Shown here piece by piece: positions 1 to 7,400 of a stretch of DNA of 64,000 bases. Position 1 is the stretch's first letter, and the number at the start of each line of letters is the position of its first letter. The notes under the pieces are model-generated. The model had not been told where the DNA came from and did not search any database. It worked only from the letters and a program-made list of their open reading frames with translations. The stretch comes from a virus: the IMG/VR virus record IMGVR_UViG_3300035698_006717, positions 1-64,000 of that record. The stretch is one strand, 5' to 3'. The position numbers were made by a program, and so were the translations under genes.

Positions 1-910
1 AGTCTGCTTCTGAATCTAGTTCTGTAAGCCCATCTGCTTCAGTATCGGCATCTGAGTCTGCTTCTGAATCTAGTTCTGTAAGCCCATCTGCTTCAGTGTC
101 TGCCTCTGAATCTAGTTCTGCATCGCCTTCTGGAAGTTCATCAGAGTCTGCTTCAGAGTCTCCTTCTGTAAGCCCATCGGCCTCAACGTCAGCTAGTGAG
201 TCTGCTTCTGAATCTAGTTCCGTAAGCCCATCGGCCTCAACTTCTGCTTCTGAGTCTGCTTCTGAGTCTAGTTCTGTAAGCCCATCGGCTTCGGCATCAG
301 CTAGTGAGTCTGCTTCAGAGAGTGCGTCTAATAGCCCTTCTACGTCTGCTTCGGAATCAACCTCAGAGAGTTCTTCTGAGAGTCCTAGTGTATCGCCATC
401 GTCCTCAGAGAGTGCTTCATCGTCGGCTTCCGTATCGGCTAGTGAGTCGGCTTCTGAATCTAGCTCAGTAAGCCCATCGGCTTCTGTATCGGCATCAGAA
501 AGTAGTTCAGAAAGTAGTTCAGAAAGTAGTTCAGAGTCTCCTTCAGTAAGTCCATCTGCTTCCATATCAGCTTCTGAGTCTGCTTCTGAATCTAGTTCTG
601 TAAGCCCATCGGCTTCCATATCGGCTAGTGAGTCGGCATCAGAGTCTACATCAGCTTCAGCTTCAGCTTCTGCTAGTGAGTCGGCTTCTGAATCTAGTTC
701 TGTAAGCCCATCGGCCTCAACTTCTGCTAGTGAGTCGGCTAGTGAGAGTAGTTCAGAAAGTAGTTCAGAGTCCCCTTCTGTAAGCCCATCGGCTAGTGAG
801 TCGGCTAGTGAGAGTAGTTCAATATCTCCTAGTGCTTCTGAGTCGGCTTCTGAATCAACTTCGCCTTCTGCTAGTGAATCTAGTTCTGAATCTGCTTCAG
901 CTTCTCCTTC
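1..910 (+). repeat. Degenerate coding tandem repeat (SASESASESSSVSP units)
   Basis: Recurring blocks such as GAATCTAGTTCTGTAAGCCCATC and GCTAGTGAGTCGGCT, with no unique spacers. Confidence 0.95.
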
Positions 911-1340
911 AATCCCTACTAATGAGGATTACTCAAGTGAAGAGAATGCTACATTATCTTCAGATGATAGTGATCTTGGGATTCTATTTAGTCCTCAAGA
1001 CTATGCAGATGTTGATACAGAGAATCAGGATTATGTATACCAAGATTCTGATAATGGTAATTATGCTGTATTCCTTTTTAAGGATCAGTATGAAGCTTGT
1101 GTGAAGCATATTAGAGTTACATGGATAGGTAAGTCTACAAAATCAACTGATATTACGCCTATTAGCCTTCAGGTGTATAATAGAACTACTGAAGAATGGG
1201 AAACTGTTGATAGTTGTAATTGTGGACGTGTTCATAATGATAGCATAATTACGCTTACCGCTCTATTAGATATGAATATTAATGACTACTTAGATGAAAA
1301 TTATACTGTTGCTTATAGAGTCTACCAGCTAGATGTTTAA
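3..1340 (+). CDS. Serine-rich repeat virion protein (5'-truncated by window edge) with C-terminal globular beta domain
   Basis: Frame is open from position 3 (SASESSSVSPSAS...), so the GTG at 96 is internal. About 300 aa of S/A/E/P repeats precede a ~145-aa non-repetitive domain. Lies directly upstream of the neck genes. Confidence 0.8.
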   Translation, partial: SASESSSVSPSASVSASESASESSSVSPSASVSASESSSASPSGSSSESASESPSVSPSASTSASESASESSSVSPSASTSASESASESSSVSPSASASASESASESASNSPSTSASESTSESSSESPSVSPSSSESASSSASVSASESASESSSVSPSASVSASESSSESSSESSSESPSVSPSASISASESASESSSVSPSASISASESASESTSASASASASESASESSSVSPSASTSASESASESSSESSSESPSVSPSASESASESSSISPSASESASESTSPSASESSSESASASPSIPTNEDYSSEENATLSSDDSDLGILFSPQDYADVDTENQDYVYQDSDNGNYAVFLFKDQYEACVKHIRVTWIGKSTKSTDITPISLQVYNRTTEEWETVDSCNCGRVHNDSIITLTALLDMNINDYLDENYTVAYRVYQLDV

Positions 1341-1352
1341 GGGGATTACAAT

Positions 1353-1811
1353 ATGTCAGTTCAATTAGCCACAGATTATTGGGGGCATGAAGCATTAACC
1401 CCTATAGTCACTCCCATAGCTGCAAGGTATCTGCCTGAGTGGCTTACTATATTGAGATATAAAGATGAAGCATCAGTTAGCGGTTTTGGAGAAATGCCTG
1501 ATCCTGATCCTTCAGATATTGGTAATATACTGACACTTGGTCATGTTAAGGGTAGGATTAATACTGGTGACTCTCTAGAGCCTGATGTTCTAGGTACTAT
1601 GAAACAGCATGGAGCAGATACTACTGAGATGTGGATAGGTTGGTTTGCTATTCCAGTAGGGTTTGAGATCAAGAATGGTGATATTGTTATCAGTGTTACT
1701 GATGCTACTAGGATTTGGCAGATACAGTTCATAAACAGATATCCTGGTGGTACTATAAACCACCACTATGAAGCAAGGCTTCAGACAACTGAGGTATGGC
1801 GAGATGGCTAA
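1353..1811 (+). CDS. Putative head-closure / head-tail joining protein
   Basis: Size and position. C-terminal IKNGDIV...WQIQFI...HHYEARL pattern is typical of head-closure proteins. Confidence 0.6.
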   Translation: MSVQLATDYWGHEALTPIVTPIAARYLPEWLTILRYKDEASVSGFGEMPDPDPSDIGNILTLGHVKGRINTGDSLEPDVLGTMKQHGADTTEMWIGWFAIPVGFEIKNGDIVISVTDATRIWQIQFINRYPGGTINHHYEARLQTTEVWRDG

Positions 1812-2436
1812 ACCTGGTTCAATATACCCTTCTAAAAGGATCACAGGTAAGAATGTAGAAGTTCTTATTTCTGATAGCTTCATCAAGTTCTTAAGGTTAA
1901 CTGGTGAGAATACATACATCAAAGAAGTTCTTAGTGGTATGCAGAAGGCTGACGTTGTGGTGATGAATGAGACTAAAAAACAGATACAGACTATGAAAGC
2001 AGTATGGTCTGGATATATGAGGAATAGTATTTATGCTTGGGTTGACGCAAGTGATAGAAATCTAGGATTTTCTACTGGTACTATAACATCTTGGATTGGC
2101 ACTAAGGCTTGGTATGATATACTTGTTCACGAAGGGTTAGGGATACATTCTTCAGGAGGTGGTAAGAAAACAATACAGCCAGAATTCTCCCCTACTGCTT
2201 CCCAGAAAGCTATTGCGCCTAAGTGGAGAGATGTGAAACATATTGGTAAGAAGAAAGCAAAATCTAAAGGCCCAAGACGATTTATGAAAACAGCTTTGAA
2301 TAATTCTAGTAGGAAAGTATATACAGAATTAGCAGATGGAGTTATAAAGGGGATTAGGAACACTATTGCTTCTGGGTCAAAGATACCAAGGCAACGATTA
2401 GATAAAGCACTTTCCGCAATAAGTTTTGGAGCATAA
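1804..2436 (+). CDS. HK97 gp10-like neck/tail-completion protein
   Basis: VWSGYMRNSI, YDILVHEG and GPRRFMKTAL motifs; basic protein. ATG at 1804 chosen over 1768. Confidence 0.65.
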   Translation: MAKPGSIYPSKRITGKNVEVLISDSFIKFLRLTGENTYIKEVLSGMQKADVVVMNETKKQIQTMKAVWSGYMRNSIYAWVDASDRNLGFSTGTITSWIGTKAWYDILVHEGLGIHSSGGGKKTIQPEFSPTASQKAIAPKWRDVKHIGKKKAKSKGPRRFMKTALNNSSRKVYTELADGVIKGIRNTIASGSKIPRQRLDKALSAISFGA

Positions 2437-2437
2437 T

Positions 2438-2932
2438 ATGGATACTGTTGACGTAATTGAATCAATACGTAGCTACCTAGCTAATGATGATGACTTGAGA
2501 GCTTTGTTCTCTGGTGTAACTTCAGTCTCCCTTATGCTTAGGAGGATACTGTATCAGAATGCTCAGTACATTAGCATTGAAGATGGTTATCCGTTCCCTA
2601 TGTTATCTGTACAGTTAGATGAAGAAGATGAACCTACTTATGTACCATCTAACATAGTTAGATTGAATATAACTGTCCACAATTCTTGGAAGAACTCAGC
2701 TTGTGCGGAAACAAACGTCCGTATTAAGGATAGGGTTAGAGAATTGATGGCAAATAAGTGTAACACTGATGCTAAAAATGAAGCTATTAATAGTCAAGCT
2801 ACAGAGCTTGGTCTAGTTATCAAGGTAAGGCAGCTGACCTGGGTGGGTGCAGCAACTTACGAAGATAAGGAGCAAGGTTCTGAGAGGCTGCATAAAATTA
2901 GTTGTATAATACAGATGACTGTGGGAGATTAA
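2438..2932 (+). CDS. Putative tail terminator
   Basis: Immediately precedes the tail tube gene; IRSYLAND..L..L and YPFPML pattern. GGAG SD lies 6 nt before ATG 2438. Confidence 0.6.
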   Translation: MDTVDVIESIRSYLANDDDLRALFSGVTSVSLMLRRILYQNAQYISIEDGYPFPMLSVQLDEEDEPTYVPSNIVRLNITVHNSWKNSACAETNVRIKDRVRELMANKCNTDAKNEAINSQATELGLVIKVRQLTWVGAATYEDKEQGSERLHKISCIIQMTVGD

Positions 2933-2935
2933 GTT

Positions 2936-3409
2936 ATGTCCCTACAATTTGGCATCGGTAGCATGTTCACAGGCCCAAACAACGATGAAACGGAGTTTGG
3001 TTGTCTGCAGGGTGTTACCTTTGACTTTAGTTACGATAGGGCTACTCTATACTGTGGTGCAGGTTTGTATCCGTCAGATGTTCGGATTCATACTTCTACT
3101 ATTACAGGTAGAGCAACCTTTGCTGAAATTGATGCTGCTGCTTTCTTCACCATGATTGGTGGAAATGGCTATACTGATGGAGACACTGATATTGTAATTC
3201 TTAACACTACCAGCCCTGCGGCATTTAGGCTGAGAGTTGTTACGACTACTGACGGTGTTGCTATGACAGTACTCTTCAACCAGTGCCGTTCGGATTCACT
3301 TTCGTTCAGCATGGAGCGTACAAGTTACATCATTCCCGATTTTGGGTTCACGGCTTTTGCCGACTCTGGCGGTAATGTTGCTAACATTGTCCTTGGCGAT
3401 GCAAGCTAA
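2936..3409 (+). CDS. Major tail (tube) protein
   Basis: Canonical position terminator-MTP-chaperone-TMP. 157 aa, beta-rich (FGIGSMF...FGCLQGVTFDFSYD). Followed by a strong hairpin. Confidence 0.8.
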   Translation: MSLQFGIGSMFTGPNNDETEFGCLQGVTFDFSYDRATLYCGAGLYPSDVRIHTSTITGRATFAEIDAAAFFTMIGGNGYTDGDTDIVILNTTSPAAFRLRVVTTTDGVAMTVLFNQCRSDSLSFSMERTSYIIPDFGFTAFADSGGNVANIVLGDAS

Positions 3410-3423
3410 TTTAAGTTAATATG

Positions 3424-3501
3424 AGTAGGGAGTCTGAGGTTTGTTGTTTACTGGTTCAACAATCTAAGGCTCCCTACTATTATTTCAAATTTCAACCAGT
3501 A
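3424..3501 (+). promoter_or_regulatory. Long stem-loop (terminator/attenuator-like) with possible pseudoknot between MTP and chaperone
   Basis: AGTAGGGAGTCT (3424-3435) pairs with AGGCTCCCTACT (3467-3478). Loop TACTGGTT is complementary to AACCAGTA (3494-3501). Confidence 0.65.
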
Positions 3502-3519
3502 CACGAAGAGGTAGATTAA

Positions 3520-3990
3520 ATGGCTGAGTTCAAAGATAGTGAATTAAAGGGCGATGTTGCTGAAAAGATTAAGAAGATAACTGACGAAGTTGATACGTCC
3601 ATGCTGAAGGATGATAAGGAACAGGTTGATGAGGTTCTTGGAGAATCTAAGGGTTTGTTCAAGGCATCTAGATCTGGTAAGGAATATAATTTTATTCCTG
3701 TCAGTCTAAGGCAGATACCTGAAATAACACAATTGATAAATAATGTCACAAGCGTATTCACATCTGCTAGTGATGGTGCGAAAACTGATGCTGAGGTTCT
3801 TGATATCACTATGATGGAAAAAATGGCTAAGATAATTGCCATGGGTGTTAGAGAGAATATCGGTTATGAGCAAGTGATGGAGGAGTTCAGCTTAGGAGAC
3901 TTCCCTAAGTGCTTTGAACTGACATTGGACTTAAACGATTTTTTAGCAGGGATGAGGGACATCATGATGAAAAGGGTGCAGAGCGCCTAA
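3520..3990 (+). CDS. Tail assembly chaperone (gpG-like)
   Basis: Between MTP and TMP; acidic and helical; slippery heptamer near its 3' end. Confidence 0.8.
   Translation: MAEFKDSELKGDVAEKIKKITDEVDTSMLKDDKEQVDEVLGESKGLFKASRSGKEYNFIPVSLRQIPEITQLINNVTSVFTSASDGAKTDAEVLDITMMEKMAKIIAMGVRENIGYEQVMEEFSLGDFPKCFELTLDLNDFLAGMRDIMMKRVQSA
3939..3945 (+). promoter_or_regulatory. -1 programmed ribosomal frameshift site T TTT TTA
   Basis: Correct X XXY YYZ register in GAT TTT TTA (D-F-L). The -1 frame is open into ORF 4077-4469. Confidence 0.85.
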
Positions 3991-4469
3991 AAGATGTTCC
4001 TCACTATTCCAATAATTATTATTCGGACATAGTAGATATATTTGCAAAGAGATATGGATGGACAATTGAATATATAATGAATATGACCCGCGCCCAAGTT
4101 AGAGTACTTACAACAAGCGCAGGAGATCATGAAAGAATGCCTGATCCTGATTCTGATAAATTAGAAGATGGTGAAGTAATTGACCTTAAGGAAACTGGCG
4201 GTAAGTTTAAGAAGGCTAAGATTGAACAGAAATATCTTGATCTACTAAGAAAAGGCGTCAAACATCCTGGCAAGTGGAATATGTTTGGAGAGAAAGAAGA
4301 TGATGAGATAAAAGTTTCCGTACCTACTAGCAAAAGCCCAGTAAAGCCGCAAGGTTCCAAAAGCTCTCCTAGTAGCAAAGGGGATATGAGTGAATTTATT
4401 AATGCCGTAAGGCAAGCAAAAAATAAAGGTAAATCTGGAAATATTAAGTCAGACGGTTCAATAGGTTAG
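3942..4469 (+). CDS. Frameshift extension of tail assembly chaperone (gpGT-like C-terminal part)
   Basis: The -1 frame reads FSRDEGHH...DIVDIFAKRYGWTIEYIMNMTRAQV with no stop. The gpT-like motif lies upstream of the ATG at 4077. Confidence 0.8.
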   Translation, partial: FSRDEGHHDEKGAERLKDVPHYSNNYYSDIVDIFAKRYGWTIEYIMNMTRAQVRVLTTSAGDHERMPDPDSDKLEDGEVIDLKETGGKFKKAKIEQKYLDLLRKGVKHPGKWNMFGEKEDDEIKVSVPTSKSPVKPQGSKSSPSSKGDMSEFINAVRQAKNKGKSGNIKSDGSIG

Positions 4470-4477
4470 AACAAAAA

Positions 4478-7400
4478 ATGGCACAAGTAACTGTTGGAAC
4501 AATATTAGCAAAATTGGTGCTTGATCAGACCCAGTTTAAGGCGGCTCTAGGCGGTGCAGGAGCTGCCACAAAGCAGATGGGTGGATCATTAAACAGATTG
4601 TCTAATGGATTTCAGGGCATGAGCACTGAACTGTTTAGGGCTAGTGCAGTATTGACAGGAATGTCTGCTGGACTAATAGCCCTAAACAAATCTATAGCAA
4701 CTGTGGCATTAGGCTACAATAAGAACATGACAATCATCAAGGCAGTCACAGACGCTTCTGGAGAAGAGATGGAGCGTATGGGTATGATTGCTAGGGAGAT
4801 GGGTCAGTCTACTATCTTTGGAGCTACTAAGGCTGCAGAGGGTTTACTGGTTCTATCTAGGATGGGTCTAAAGGCTTCTCAGAGTATGCAGGTATTATCC
4901 CCTGCTATGAAGCTTGCACAAGGCCAGCAATCAGATATGACAGCTACTACCGAATTGCTTGTGCAACAGCTTAAGGCATTTGGTAAGGAAACTGACTCAG
5001 CTGATTCGTTTGCAAATGTTCTTGCAGCTACTTCTAGTAAGACTGCTGCAGATCTGACTAAGTTGAGTACTGCTCTTAGTTTTGCTGGCCCAATTGCTAA
5101 GTTGGCAGGATTAAGTTTTGAGGAAGTTAATGCTACTCTTGGTCTGATGTTTAATGCAGGTATCAAAGCTAGTAGAGCGGGTACTTCACTACGGTTTGCT
5201 ATTGCAGCGTTACTTGGTGCTACTTCTAAGTCTGCTAAGGCTTTAGGTAGATTGGGGCTAACAGTTAAGGATGTTAATCCTAATCTTAATAGCATGGAAG
5301 ATATACTGAAGACTTTAGCAACTAGGCTAGAGGGAACAAGCGAAAAGGCTCAGATTATATTTGATATATTTGGTAAGCGTGCAGCACCTGCTATGGGTGC
5401 CGTACTTAATGCAGTACTTAAGAATGCTGATGCATTTAGTGATCTTGAGACTTCTATTACTGGAACTAATGAAGTGCAGAGGCAGTTTGCAGAACAGCAG
5501 AACAGCTTTTTCGGCCAAGTCAATCTACTGAAAACTTCTTTGGAAGGTTTAGCAATTGAATTTGGAGAAGTTCTTTTACCTACATTCCAAAAAGGTATTG
5601 AGATACTTAAAGTATTGATAAAATCATTTAAGGAGATGCCTGACTTTGTCAAGAAGGCCATTGCAGGATTTGTAGTATTTGCTACAGTTGGCACTACATT
5701 ATTAGCAGCTCTGACAGCGTTAGCCTTTTCTATTAGTACCTTAATTGGGTTAGCAACTACTCTTGGCCCATATTTAGCAGGAATTGCGTTAGCACTAGGT
5801 ACATCTCTTGGGCCAATTACATTAGTTGTAGGAGCTATTGGATTATTGACTGCTGGCCTTATTGCGTTTAATGTTGCTGCAGGAATACAAAAAGAAAAAA
5901 CTGAAGCATTGGCCGAAAGTGTAGGGAGCTTAAATGATTCATATGTTAAAGCTGCATCTGCATTAGAGGCAGCAGAGAAGAAGAGATTTAATGCCAGAGG
6001 CTATGACCAAATAATTGCAGCAGAGAAGGAATTAGATAAGGCAAGGAAGGATGCAAGGACAGCGTTAGATCAATTAGTTACAAAACACCCTCAAGTAATA
6101 GCTTCCTATGATATGATGACTGGAGAGATTGATTTAAATGCAGAAGCTATTAGGAATTTGACGGCAGCAAGGAAAGCATCTGTTCTGGAAGAGCAAGATT
6201 TTTATGAAGTTGTGAAGAAAAATCTTGAAAATGAAATTTCACAGATGAAGTCAATAATTAAGTTATCTGGCGAGAAGAGGAGCAGAGCCAAGCAGACTCA
6301 GGAAGAAAAAGAATTTACACTTGAAGATAGGACTCGTGATAAGGATATTGGCGGGCCAGCTATGGGAATGGCTTGGGATGCTGCTAAGAGAGATACAAAA
6401 GAAGCTAAAGAAGAGTATGAAAATATCAATACTGTATACACTGAATCAGTTGCCAAGCTTAGATCATTACAGAAGGAGCTTGCAGGTCTTAAAGATCCAA
6501 CTGAATCAGCTTCTATGGTATCTGGAGAGCTTTCAGAGGAAATAGATGGTCTTGGTGATAAATCTGAAAAAACTATCACTAGGCTTACATCTTTAATTGA
6601 TAAAATTAGGGATTTGGAAGTCGAGCTTAAACAAGCTTCAGAGCAGTCTGATATAGATTTTGGCTTAATAAATGCAGATGATTTTTCTAAGTCTTTGGCT
6701 AAATTGGATGAAAAGTTTGGAAATCAGTTAGAATCATTTCAGAAGAAAGCAACTAAGGCTGGCGATAGATTAGCTAAAGCGTTGCAAGGAAGAGATGAAG
6801 ATGGAAAAATTATTAATCAGAAAGATGTAGATGAAGCTACTGCTGCTTTGGCTGACGTTACTTCAGAGATGACAGCTTTTAAAGATAACCAATCGGTTCT
6901 AGTTGATGCGATGAAAGAGAAATTGATTACTGATTATTTTGATGAGATTGAGGCAAAGAGCTTAGACACACAAGCAGTTATTGAGTCTACAAATGCTTCA
7001 TTGGCAACAGATTTAGAAACTAGGATGGCTGGTGAGCTTGTTGCAATAAAGTTAAGGCATGCAGCAGAGGTCAAGCAGATCAAAGAGCGCATAAAGCTAC
7101 AAATGCTTTATATTAAAACAGCCTCTGTGAATCCTGATACTGATCCAAGAGTATCTGCTATGCTTAAAGAACAGCTTATTGCTCTTGAAGCTGAGCAAGC
7201 TGCACTAGAGATGGAGAATGCAGCAGAGGTATCTGAATTTAAAATTAATTCCGCTAACACAGTTAACAAGATTATTGATGATGGAATACTAAAGCATCAT
7301 AAGTCAAGAGTGGATAATGAGAAAGCTGTTCTTAAAGAAACTAAGCGCCAGATATCAGCCTTAGAGGAGGCAAGAGATTCAGGTGTAAAGATTGATCTTA

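Noticed and set aside
1-910. Possible CRISPR array or non-coding satellite
   Set aside because: Repeats are in-frame, degenerate at synonymous positions and have no unique spacers; they encode the Ser-rich protein.
796-1104. Alternative-frame Leu-rich ORF
   Set aside because: Shadow frame of the Ser-rich gene, with no SD or motif.
4077-4469. Independent gene starting at ATG 4077
   Set aside because: No SD, and the conserved motif begins upstream; better explained as the frameshift extension.
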